From NCBI RefSeq assembly GCF_964204865.1, contig NC_135254.1:1488001-1552000 (forward strand): a stretch of 64,000 nucleotides of DNA, given 5' to 3'. Numbering within the stretch: the first letter of the stretch is position 1; each line of letters opens with the position of its first letter. Under the pieces are notes generated by a model, which was given only the letters and a program-made list of their open reading frames with translations, was not told where the DNA came from and ran no database searches. Origin of the DNA: Styela clava. Taxonomy: Eukaryota. Position numbers and translations under genes: made by a program. This document shows positions 38,625-50,621 of the stretch, piece after piece.

Positions 38625-39255
38625 CCAGTATGCTGTCACCTTGTAGTCAGAGTGGAAATATTCTGGCCAGTCACACTAAATTGCATTTGTGCACTTCGAT
38701 ATATTTCTCACTGAAGCATGATCTGGCAGAATCAGCACCTTGTTGCATGGGCGGAATTATTCTGGCCAGCAGAGAACAAGTCTGAATTTCTTTAAACTAT
38801 ACTCTCTCACTATGTATATTACCGGTATTGTTAATCTTGGAAGAAATTCTGTTTTTAATGTTTTTTTATTGATTCTATTATTACTGTTATTGCCTCATGG
38901 CTTGGTTCATCTGACAGATTTAGCACTTTGTGGTTGGAGTGGATTTATTCTGGCCAGTCAAGCTCAATTGATTAACATTACACAATTTGGTATTTTGTGC
39001 ATTGAAGCATGAATTGGCAGAATTGTCACCTTGTGGCTAAAGTACAAATATTCTGACCATACACACCCAGATTGATTTTGTGCAATTTGATGTCTTGGTC
39101 GTTGAAGCATAGTCTGGCAGAATCAGCACCTTATTGCGTGAGCGGAATTATTCTGGCTAACAGAGAAAAAGTCCAAATACTTGCTCACTATGTATGTTAT
39201 TGTGAATTTAGAAAAAAAAATGTTCTCATTGTTTTTTTTATTGATTCTATTAGTA
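38625..39255. repeat. Degenerate tandem repeat downstream of the SLBP stop
   Basis: Recurring GAAGCAT...TGGCAGAAT..(G/T)CACCTTGT...TATTCTGGCCAG units (~100 bp), with a larger duplication 38715-38880 vs 39105-39250. Confidence 0.7.
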
Positions 39256-39671
39256 ATAGTTCAGGTACTATCCTGTTATACCCCTGCCATTAGTTATTTT
39301 ATGTGTTTTCTTTGATTCTGTTTATCTTCGGGCAAATGAAAGTATAGGGATAATTTGGGAAATTGCAGGATAACATCTATATCGGACATGGGCAAAGTCC
39401 GGCCCGCGTGCCAAATCTGGCCCGTTGGGTGATTCCATCTGGCCCATCTGATGCTGCCACAACCAACCTGAACCCAAATTTCGATGTTTTAGCTGAAAAT
39501 AGCTCACAGAATTTGTTGAGATTGCGATTAAATTCGGTTTGCGCACGAGGTCATCACACTTACATGGCCCACCAGTCGAGACCGTGGCCACCCTTGATCT
39601 ATATTCAAGTGCACAGATATTTTTCGAGATTTCGCCCTGCCCTATACTGTTATTTCTCTCTCTCTCTGTTT

Positions 39672-39884
39672 GGCACTCCTGAAGTATGTGTACCAATATG
39701 GATGTAACTAATTTTGTTCGCCTATTTTACATCAAGTTGTGTAAAGGGACTGAAACCTACGGGCAGGGGGATATTCACCTGGCTAATACAGACAGTCCCC
39801 GAACTTGTAATAGAACTGAAATAAGGAAAATTGGAATAAAATTATGGCCTAACCCTAATCTGGTACACATACTACGGGAGTACC
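39672..39884 (+). mobile_element. Merlin-like MITE family B (other copies ~234..438, 2938..3146, 37900..38090, partial 8261..8370 and 60719..60845)
   Basis: GG(C/T)ACTCC...GGAGTACC termini; 8-bp TSDs CTCTGTTT/CTCTGTTC here and AACCAGTG/AATCAGTG at 2938..3146; subterminal GGTTAGGGTTAGG. The superfamily call (GG termini + 8-bp TSD) is an inference. Confidence 0.7.
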
Positions 39885-40012
39885 CTCTGTTCAACCCAAC
39901 TCATCCTAATGTAAACAAAATCAAAGAAAAACTGCCTTCATTTCGTGTGACCTAACTTCATTTTTTATCCATTTTCTTAGACATAGAATAAAATTTAGGT
40001 TTAATTTAAGAA

Positions 40013-43000
40013 ATGGCAGATTCTCCGATAACAGGAATATGTATTGTAGACAAGAAGATCAACTGCCCTCCTCAGTATACTCTGGTGAGTGATTCCATAT
40101 TTATTTTTTTTTTTAAGGGGGGAGGGGGGTATGATGAGAAGACTGAAATAAAAATACGTACAATTACTATCACTGATTACAAAACGACAAACCTGGTTAA
40201 GATATATTGAGAACTGACTTCATGACAAAATTGAAATTGTAAAGTATTTATGAAAACACGGACTATTCAAACTGTACGAATGCCAGATTGCAAAGTTGCA
40301 CGTATTGTTAGATAATGAACAATTATTGAAGAATAAAAAAAAACGAAAACAGTTTTTATGCATACGGGGGGAAATATTAGTTTGGTCTACCGACATATAG
40401 TTCACGGCCTAAAAACACCCTCAACTGAAACTAATGAAAACTCATCGATTTACTTTTTCTAGATTGATAGAACAGCAGAAGGGGAAGACTCAGATCTTTG
40501 GAAAGATGGGTTTTTCAAATCCAAAGTTACAAGATATATTTGCTATTCGACTAACATAACTGCTGGTCAAGTTAGTATTTTTTATGTTACGGATGCCTTT
40601 TCGGTTAAAACAAGGCCATGAACAGTCTGTCTTGAATGCGGAGAAAGTCATTTTGAACATGAAGTCTAGAACAGGGGTGCACAATTCAAATGAGGATACG
40701 TGCCAAATTTCCAAATAATCTTGTCGCGTGCCACGCACAATTGTGGTATTGTAAATTAACTCCCACAGAACAAACAATGTCTTGAAAAACTGCTTATTTT
40801 GATATAAACGTGATATTTTAATGTATATCATAAATAACTTTTTTTACAAAACCGTTCGTGTGCCACGTTTGATCGTATGGCGTGCCAAATTCGGCACACG
40901 TGCCCCCGTGTTGTGCACCACTAGTCTAGAACATGGGTGTGCAACAAGAGTTCCGTTGACTACAACCTGGTATGCCAAGGCCATTTAGTGTGGCGCTAGT
41001 CAACACTCGGATTCAAGTAAAAAATCCTAATGTGACAGTTTATGTTTGAAATAGCGCTTACATGGGTACAAATACACAATGTTTATTGCTCTTGTTACTG
41101 CGTTGAATATTTCATCATTTCGCCCTGTGCCTTCATCACTGTAAGGCTGACAAGATGTTAACTAACTATTCAAGAACTTTTAATTTTAAGTATCCTGCTA
41201 AAATGTTAAATAAATAAAACATTGCAACTTGAAAGGGAATTTTTAATTTGTTGTTTACATGGGGAAACTAAATTTTTTGTATGGCCCAGCTGGATGTTTA
41301 AAGTTGGTTAAAAAAAAAGTGTTGCACACTCCTATTTTGGGAAGAATACATCCTCTGTGCAAAAAGGCCTAGATTACTAGAAGTTTAATACAGTTTTAAG
41401 AAAAATGAACTAACAATTAAGTAATTTTTTGTTTTGTTTTTTAAAGTATCCTCTTTTGTGACTGAGTGAGTGCTTATAACCTCAACTAAGAGCATTTTTC
41501 TCCACTTCTAAGTGATTAAAATAAATGCTATTTCTAAATATCTGACTCATTTAAAATGTGAAAATACTGCCGTGTGGTTTAACCTACTTTATTATATTTT
41601 TCAGTGGAACCACGTTGTCACAAACATAATTCTGATCGGAATAAAAGATCCCGTTCCACAGGTAGGAAGCAATGTTTAGTAGAAGGGTCGATATCTGGAT
41701 GGTCCAAGATTGACAGCTCTGTGAACCACAAAATTACTTTTGCATTGTTCGCGGGGCCACAATAGTGCCAAGAACTTCGCTCGTTTAACTTCGCCAGTTG
41801 CCTCAGCAAATCATAACACTAGTCATTTCAGTGACATTAGTGATGCAACAATATTCAAAAGATTTTTTGGTTAATTTATGACGAAACAACACAAAATGTG
41901 ATTTTTTGATTCCTCGTCGAATGCGACGCGGGCCACATGGGGCCAGCGGGTCTGGGTTTGGACCACCCTGGTCTAGAAACTGGATTCATCCAAATCTTCA
42001 GTCGAGTCCTAGGTCATCTGAGTCAGGGGTCTGGTCACGAGTCATTGGAGTTCCTATTCCAGGGTTATCAAACTCACAGCCCAGGGGCCAATTGTGGCCC
42101 ACAGGTCGATAGTTTGTGGCCCCCGTCTCAGTATGAAAGTTCAATGTTAGTGTGTCCCGGGCCAGAAGTCACGTAGCTCAGTTCGTGTGATTATTACATT
42201 TAATATGAGGTCTCTGATTTTTGACGTCACAATCACTAACGCTTAGATTTATATTGATACATTGTAACCATGTTTCTCATGTCGAGAGACATCACTGTCC
42301 ATAGACAAAATTCTTGTCGAATAGTATAAAGAAACAAAAGATTCGACTTTTTTAAACTAAGCTTTTATTGTGGAAAACTTAATGCTGCCCCAAATTTACC
42401 TCCAGTGGCCTCTAGGTAAATTGAGTTCTTGACCCCGTGTCGAGTCCGAAAGACCTCTCTTGAATATGACCCAATAAAGAATAAATTTAATTTGATATTT
42501 AAAAATATTTTTTCAAAATACATTGAAAACAAAAATTCATTTTTTCAGGGTTTTGTTGCACTGCGAGAAACAACTGACACAAAAGAAAGTGCATTGAAAA
42601 AGCATGTTTTGTGCATAAAACTCATGCCGAAAACGGCCACTGATTCTGCGGTAGTTGATTTCAAGGTTATGAGGTCAGAAAGGTACAAAGCGGAACAATA
42701 TACATGCGTTGGGTGAGTGTACTACGCTGACTAAAATTCAATAACCATTTATTTAATGTTTTATTTTTATGTATAAAAAATTTTGCTCAAAGCAAAGTCT
42801 GTGTGCTCAATAAGAAGTAAAGGAGACTCATTTCTGAGCAAACTTACGGGCACTCACAAAAGAATTGCATGTTAGTAGAACGACAAGCAGTTTGTGTCAA
42901 ATTTTGATCAGGAAAACGACAACTGAAATTCTTGGAAAAAAAATATAAAATAAATAACAAATAAGATCTTTCCATTTTGTCGTAGCTTGAGCCAAGCCTA

Positions 43001-45504
43001 CCTTTATGTTCAATTCTATGATTTGAAACCCTTTTGGGATGACGTTTTATTTTAGCGGTCACAAATGTAGTCTATGGGTAAAAAATTAAGCTCTGGAGCC
43101 ATAGTTCACAAGCCCCGCGTACTACCAACAGAAAAGTAAGCAAAATTTTTTTTAAAACAGGATGAGTGTTTAGAGTCTTTTGCGACACCTTCATAAACTA
43201 CTATGAGTTCATGTTTCCATTTAGTTATTTCATGTTATTGTTCATGGAGCATAAATATCTGAAACTGACTTTCATGATGAATTCATCTGTCTATAAAATT
43301 GAAAAATGTGAAGATAATTTATCAATACCATATATTGTTTTGGCTCTCACAGATGTATTAAATGAAGTAAAAATACTTGAACAATTACTGATTACAACGA
43401 CAAACCTGGTTAAGATATATGGAGAATTGACTTCATAACCAAATTAAAACTGTAAATAGACTTTAGGGACACCCTGTTTTTAAATCTTCTATTTATCAAT
43501 TCTATTCATCTGTGGAAATCAAGAAAGAGAATTTCACCTAAGTTCCATAAAGTCCATGCATCTGAAACAAATAACTGAGAAACTATTTTCACGCCCTACA
43601 TTGAGTGGTACCAGGACAATAGGCTGTAATATGTAGTATTTATCCCAGAGGAGTATATGTGAAGGGACTTTACGGACAGCGTGTACATCGAATCATTCAA
43701 ATCTGTTTTTTTTAACAGAGAAGTAAACGGAATCAACCTGGTTTACAAATTACAACGTTTGCCTCAATCAATCTCAAATCGACCGGCCCCGCCTCTCCCT
43801 GTCGCAGTCGAGAACGTACCCCCTCTTGGCTCCCCCCCTCCGATACCCAGAAGGCCCCCAAGTGTGAAATCTTCGAGTGGAACTGGTTTGAGTACACTTG
43901 AACCATTAGCAGGTTTGTTTATATTATGTTGATTAAATGTTTTGAATGTATGAAGTATGTGTACCAAGATGGCGGACACCGGAATGTAGTATGTGTACCA
44001 GGTTAGGGTTAGGCCAGGGGTCGCGACCCCAAATTGGGTGGAGTGATAAGTAGGTAGGGTCGCAAACAGGTCATGGGGTCGCTGAGGTCTGGTAAAGGAT
44101 GGATGTACAAAACATCTAAGATTTGACAAACTATGTTAAATTTATCAGTTTGTACCATGGCTTACTGTAAAACAGGCCTATAGGCATCGCTCTATGCTTA
44201 TGCTATAGAAAATGTGGGTGGTCATTGTGACATCACTGTTTGGTTTTAGCTTATTTTACTTAATACCATCACATGATCAAACTCATAAGTCCAGTGAAAG
44301 AAGTTTCATGGAAAACAGTATAGTACAATATATTGACCTGGGGTCGCACTGGACACTTGAAAGTTGTCTTTCGGGTCGTCCTGAAAAAAGCTTGGGAACC
44401 CCTGGGTTAGGCCATAATTTTATTCAAATTTTCTTTATTTTAGTTCTATCACGAGTTCAGGGACTAGCCAAGTGACTCCCGTAGTATTTGTGCCTGAGAT
44501 TATGGCCTAACCTGGTACACATACTACGTTCCAGTGTCCGCCATCTTGATTCACATACTTCGGGTGTACCTATAAAACGAATAAGGGCCATTCTTGCTTT
44601 ATTAATTTATTGTTTTCAATTTAACCTGCGTTTGCGTCGACAAAATAAAATCCTCACCACTCTAATAAATCTGCCGTAAAATTTCAGAGTAAAAGTTATT
44701 TCAGCACAATAAAAATTGATTGAACATTCTTTAGATTAATTATCGAGAATGTTTTCATTCAACGGAAACGTCTTGAGAGCAGCGTCGAAAACGTGTGACG
44801 TCACATGAATATCCGATATTCTTATGAACGCTAATTCCGATATTCGAATAACGAGATATTCGAATACTTTATTCGAATTGGCCATCCCTGTCCACTAAGT
44901 AAGTCTTGGGTGTAATTTTTGTGCAATTTTTTTCATATTCAATAAAGCAACTGATTGGACAATGAAACAAAACATGTAGCTGAAAATGTAAAAATATATT
45001 GAATCTAACAACATGCAAAATTTCTGGAATTGTCCTGTAGTGTCACTTGGAATAGCCCATAATTGTCTGGCACCTAATATGAGTCGTACAAATAACTTTT
45101 TCTCAAATTATCAAAACCTATCATAAAATTTATTTTTTTATTTTTTTCACAGCAATTTCAGGCGTTCCCTTCAAACTGCACGATAGACTGATGCAGTCAA
45201 ACTCAGATGCCAATATGCAGGTTGGAAATGATCAAATTTTTTTTTGGTGGTTTTGACCTCAAATAAGGCATTTTACAAGCAGATATACTAGATATGCAGA
45301 GCCAATTTAACAGAGTGAAAACATCGTATCTTTCGAGCTTGATTCCCGCACGGCACTTGAAACCCAAACCTTCAATATGCGAATTTTTAAAAAACCTTAA
45401 TTTTTTCGCAGGATGACCTTCATATAACCTTGAAAACAAAGTCAGAACTGGACGAACTTTTCAACTACGATTTCTCAAGGGAACGTGGCGTTATCGGACG
45501 ATAA
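40013..45504 (+). CDS. MVB12: ESCRT-I multivesicular body subunit 12 (MABP + UMA domains), ~251 aa; exons 40013..40084, 40463..40570, 41605..41661, 42549..42712, 43719..43912, 45153..45220, 45412..45504
   Basis: MADSPITGICIV...CPPQYTL|IDRTAEGEDSDLWKDGFFKSKVTRYICY is a MABP signature. It is followed by Pro-rich RPAPPLP, the VPF motif (SGVPFKLH) and C-terminal TLKTKSELDELFNYDFSRER (UMA). All introns are GT-AG and phase-consistent. Confidence 0.88.
40672..41334. mobile_element. Two abutting hAT-type MITEs (40672..40923 and 40932..41334) in MVB12 intron 2
   Basis: The first has CAGGGGTGCACAA...TTGTGCACCACTA termini and TSD GTCTAGAA. The second starts right after that TSD and is related to 55936..56282. 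Confidence 0.7.
44015..44404. mobile_element. hAT-type MITE nested in a Merlin-like MITE
   Basis: CAGGGGTC...GAACCCCTG termini; TSD GGTTAGGC, i.e. inserted into the host MITE's TTAGG motif. Host MITE spans ~43950..44570. Confidence 0.78.
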
Positions 45505-46222
45505 CATTCTCGGAACTTTACGCCCAACTGAGTTTTATAGTTGTCATGAAAACAGATTTTTCATAATTTAAAATTCTCGCACACAAATTCTATAAATAAT
45601 TTTCAAGTTTTTCTGCAATCTTGTAAATACTGTATTATCAATCCTAATATAATTTCATTCTACCTTCCCCGTAGGGTGTGAAGCCCACCCCAATAACATT
45701 TTAAACACCCTTCTTTTGGGCCGTAATGTCACTCTTAAAATTTCTAACTTTTTGCATGTGGATATCCAGAAAGTGGCATAGATGATTAGTCAAATACATA
45801 AGACATATTTATAAATTACAGATAGTTTTATCGCTAATAACAAAATTTCTAACACCCCCTAAATTTGGAAACACTCCCCTGAAATGAAAGCTGGGGAGAA
45901 TACTGGTTGGGGTGCCCAAATGAATCTAAAATATCAGGGATTCCCCCCCCCCCCCAGGGGATTTCCTAGGGGTACAAATTTGAATGCTGCTTGCTCCTTC
46001 ACTTCTCAGTGAGTGCAAAAACCATACATCTGTATAGTTACAGATGCTCTTGGCATTTTTAGTGGCTCACACTTGTCTGCTACTTCTGAGCGACATAATT
46101 TTGGGCCATTTCTCCTAATTTACTTTTCAATTTCTTATAAACAACCATTTTAAAATGTTTTTGTAATTCACGTCTGAGTCATCACTGCTTCACAAACTAG
46201 GCCAGGGTCGTGCAATCTTTAA

Positions 46223-46695
46223 CCCTCTCCATGCGATTTTTTATTAAATAATCGTATTTGCTACGCCGATTTTATGCATTTGTACCCCCACAACTAATCG
46301 ATCGAACGAAAAACTAATGATCCTCTGCTGCCCACTGACGGCTCGTTGAAAAAGCTTATTTAAAGAGCTTGCAATTGGCGAAAAAAAAATTTTTTTTTTA
46401 AAAGTGGTGGTCTGAGTCACAAACTGGATAGAAAAAAGGCATTTTTTTTTCTTGGGAGTTGAAACTTCAAACCGTGATAAAAAATAGAAATATTCGCTTA
46501 ATCCTTTACTGTTACCGCTTCGTGGTTGGCAAACAATAGCATAATATTGCTGTAGCAATTTCGTGATCTAACTCAAAATACTTTGGTAGATGGAAGGGAT
46601 AATATGTCTTCTCCAAAAAACACCAAAATTTGCATAAATTTCAAAAACACTCCCTCGTTCCGCCGCAAATAAAATTCCCGTCGTAAACGAAAGGG
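46223..46695. mobile_element. Partial piggyBac-like element (inverted copy of ~48900..49374)
   Basis: Starts TTAA|CCCTCTCCATGCG and is reverse-complement similar to ~48900-49374. Confidence 0.75.
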
Positions 46696-47869
46696 AGACC
46701 ACCTTTATTTGACACAGACCTTTTTAGTAGCAGGCCCAGAAAACGAGCCGTAATAATTTAATTCTGTTGACGTAACTCATGGTTGAGTTGACTTGTTGTA
46801 AAATATATATCCCAGTAAACTGCGAACATGAAATGCCTGGTAATATGGCCAGGTTGAAGATAACATTGTTTATTGTATGCTAATTCTATCATACACTTAG
46901 ATAAGCTTCTATTACTTGATTTTATTTTCGAAGTATTCAAAATTTCATATTCAAAAATAATAATTTCGAATGTATTCGAAATAGAACAACCAGCCACAAA
47001 TATTTAGGTTATTGATCGTATGTCATAGGTATAGGCTCAACATTGGGGCATTTCGGGTCAAAATTTGGGCATTGGGCACTTTTCCGCGGGCCACACAATT
47101 TTTTTTTTGGGGGGCACCCGGCCTGCGGGTTGCACACCCCTGAACTAGGACATTGCACCTTGATTAAAAAAGTTCATTTCATTCCGCTCTGATCTTCAAT
47201 GCCTATCACCCACCGTACTATGTAACACCTTTTGCTCTCTTTAGCAATTAATAAAGTCAATATATTATCGGGCTTATTTTCCTTGTAATTCAGTGCACTT
47301 ATTCTCTTCCGTGTATTATAATCTAGAATGTATTGCAGCTGGTAATATTACCTTATGATTGTTTCAATAAACTAGCTTTGTCTCATCTTTATGATATCTC
47401 CCACATTTCAAAATCTGTAATCTAGTTGGAAGTAAAAAAACTGAAATCTTACAGAACCTGATAAATCGCCTAAAATTTTGCTATTTCATTTTAATCCATG
47501 GGAACTTGTTTTATGACATCTGATACACTTCATATGCCATTCAGTTCAGCACAAACTTTCTCTACATGTATTTGAGCTTTGATACATCTCTTGCCTAATT
47601 GTGACAAAATAAAGCTACAGGTAGGCTTCGACATATCTGAGGCAAAAATACGGGACTAGACTAGTTTTTGTGAAGAATTAGAGGAATTTTTATCGCTGTC
47701 ATCGGTTTCATCGACTCCAAACATGTAAAGGGGACCTGTGACCAATAGGGCTGTCGCCAAGAATATTTCGAAGCTGGGGTTCTGAATTTTTAATTGCGAA
47801 AATAGAGCGTAACAGCGAGTAGGTCCAACTGGAAAATTTGGGATTTCAGGAGTTTCGGAAGGTCTAACT

Positions 47870-48577
47870 CAGGAGTTCCCAAACTTAATTAACCACGGGC
47901 CAAAATTTGAAGCGGAGGGATGTTGCGGGCCGGAAGAGTGTAGCGCCCGAAAGTGCGTGGCATTTCCAAGCTTTTATGGTTCATAACTAAATTACTGCCC
48001 TATGTAGGATAGGATATACATATTTATCCCGGGGGAGAGGAAAGCCGATAAGACGGCTTATCCATATGGCGAACCACGGCCTCTCGTCCGGTTACCATTC
48101 CAAGTCGAGTATGGGATTAGTTTTACTGTATTGTTTGTTTTCGGAAGCATGGACTCGGTGGTGGAGGAAGCCGTAAACGACCAGCGGTTACGTGAACCAC
48201 CCAACGACAGCGAGGAGTCCAGCAATCCTCTCGCACATAACCATCCCTGCATGGGATTCGAACCTGTGAACCCACGCAGAGTAATTAGAGGTGTGGTGGC
48301 AAGTGTATTCCCAACGCTTAGCCCGTTGAGCCACACCGCCGCGCCGCTATGTAATCATAATACCGGTACGAATAACTGAGATAACGCTTTAATTGAATTG
48401 TTATGATAAAAACATGTGCTTAAAGTGTGATAATGGCATAACACTTCGCGCTATCTAGAATGCAAAAAGGTGAAACAAAATCTGTTGCACTAACATCCAC
48501 ACTACTTCGCTCAAGTTCGGCGGGCCATTTTAAATCGTTATGCGGGCCGGATTTGGCCCGCGGTTTGGGAATGCTTG
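47870..48577. mobile_element. hAT-type MITE interrupted by a SINE
   Basis: CAGGAGTTCCCAAAC...GTTTGGGAATGCTTG termini; TSD GTCTAACT. Confidence 0.75.
48006..48346 (-). mobile_element. tRNA-derived SINE, full-length copy (partials at ~6000-6160, 49481-49736, 50810-50850, 57770-57925, 62105-62240)
   Basis: Reverse complement of 51431..51776, flanked by a CTATGTA duplication. Confidence 0.85.
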
Positions 48578-48716
48578 GTCTAACTAAGATGTGTTTGGTC
48601 TAACTAAGAAGCTATGAAAAATTGCTACATATACAGAAAATTCCTTTTTTAACACTTTTTGTTTTTCTGTTTTAGTTCCAGACACCGCCATTTGTTGCGT
48701 CATTATCACAGTTTAA

Positions 48717-49374
48717 CCCTTTCCGTGCGGTGGGCACGTATACGTACCCACGACAAAAATCGCTAGATTGCGGTGGGTACGTTGATGTACTCCACTGTTT
48801 TATTTAGCAATCGGTCGCAAACTGTTGGTCTAGTTTTACCGGGTTTTAGTTTATTGATAAGAAGTCTTCTTGAGATTAACATAAGCGACGGTAAATCTTG
48901 CTTTTGTTTAGACGAGAATTCTATTTGCGGCGAACAGTGATTTTGGAATTTATGCAAATTTCGGTGTTTTTTGGGTGGTAATAGAAGACATATTCTCCCT
49001 TCCATCTACCAAAGTATTTTGAGTTGGATCACGAAATTGCCATAGCAATATTATGCTATTGTTTGCCAACCACGAAGCGGTAACAGTAAAGGATTTAGCG
49101 AATATTTCTATTTTTTATCACGGTTTGAAGTTTCAACTCCCAAGGAAAAAAAATGCTCTTTTTCTATCCGGTTTGTGACTCAGACCACCACTTTTAAAAA
49201 AACTTTTTTTTTAATCGCCAATTGCAAGCTCTCTAAATAAGCTTTCCAACGAGCCGTCAGTGGGCAGCAGAGGATCATTAGTTAGTCGATCGATTAGTTG
49301 TGGGGGTACAAATGCATAAAATCGGCGTAGCAAATAAGATTATTTAAAAAAAAATAAAAATCGCATGGAAAGGG
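48717..49374. mobile_element. Non-autonomous piggyBac-like element
   Basis: TTAA|CCCTTTCCGTGCG...CGCATGGAAAGGG|TTAA. A second, inverted, one-ended copy lies at 46223..~46695. Confidence 0.85.
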
Positions 49375-49822
49375 TTAAGCACACGTTTATACGTAACAAT
49401 TCAGTCATACCAGTATTTTAATTATATGTATCGATACTGGTTTCGACCCCTAGCGGGCGCTCCTCTCTCCGACCCGTTAATAGGTTAGGATTTACATATT
49501 TATCCCGGGGGAGAGGAAAGCCGATAAGACGGCTTAACCATATGACGAACCACGGTCTCTCGTCCGGTTACCAGTCCAGGTCGGGTATAGAATTAGTTAG
49601 CCAGGTGTTTGTTTCAGAAGCATGGACTTGATGGTGGAGGAAGCCGTAAACCGACCAGAGGTTACGTGAACCACCCTACGGCAGCGAAGAGTCCAGCAAT
49701 CCTCTTGCACATGATCATCCCCGCATGGGATTCGAATATATATAATATGCTTCTAATTTGGCCCTCTGTCAATCAACTTCGGGAATCACTGGTCTAAACC
49801 TGATAACCTACTATCCCAAATA

Positions 49823-50049
49823 GGTGCTCCCGAAGTATGCGAACCAAGATGGCGGACATCGGAACGTAACAGGTTAGGGTTAGGCGATAATTTTTTTCCA
49901 ATTTTCCTCATTTTAGTCCTATTATCAGTTCGAAGACTAGCCAAGAGCCTCCCGTAGTATTTATACCTAACATTATGGCCTAACTCTAACCTAGTACACA
50001 TATTACATTCCGATGTCCGCCATCTTGGTTCGCATACTTCGGGAGCCCC
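49823..50049. mobile_element. Palindromic Merlin-like MITE family A (other copies 2505..2660, 11667..11885, ~43950..44570, 63889..64000 truncated by window)
   Basis: Long TIRs ...CCGAAGTATG(T/C)G(T/A)ACCAAGATGGCGGACA...GGTTAGGGTTAGGC; 8-bp TSD CAAGTTTC/CAAGTTTT at the 11667 copy. Confidence 0.72.
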
Positions 50050-50621
50050 GATTCAATAGTCTTGCTGTCCCAAAATACAATCTAGAAATATTTTTGGGTT
50101 GTGCTTCTAATCATTTTTATTAACGCTCGCCTTTCGATCTAATTCACTGATTGTGCGAGGAAGGGGGGAGGGTCCTGGCTACACCCCTGCCTGTATGCAT
50201 GAAGGTGTAGATATGGTAACCTATACCAGTGGACACGATAATGCAACTTTCGAGCCCACAAATACTACTTATAATGGGGAATAGTAACTGAACATAGAAC
50301 GACGAAAAATTTTTTGGCGTGATTATCGGATTTATTGAGTTCAAAAATGTGCATTCCATATCTGTTTACATAAGCTATGACAGATTAACAAGTGATGTCA
50401 GTTTCAAATTGCATTTTCTGAAATTATTCGATTCAAAGTCAAAAAATATTAATGTCCCAGGGGGTATTGAAAAAATAGAACAAATATATAGGCGTGCTGC
50501 CAAATCATCACGTCAACAAGAGCCTCTGTAGCAGTGGCTCATAGTTTGTGATTGCGGAAAACGTTCAATCGTATCGGAGTCCACAAATATTGATCTTCAA
50601 ATGGGGATTCCCCAGGGAGGA

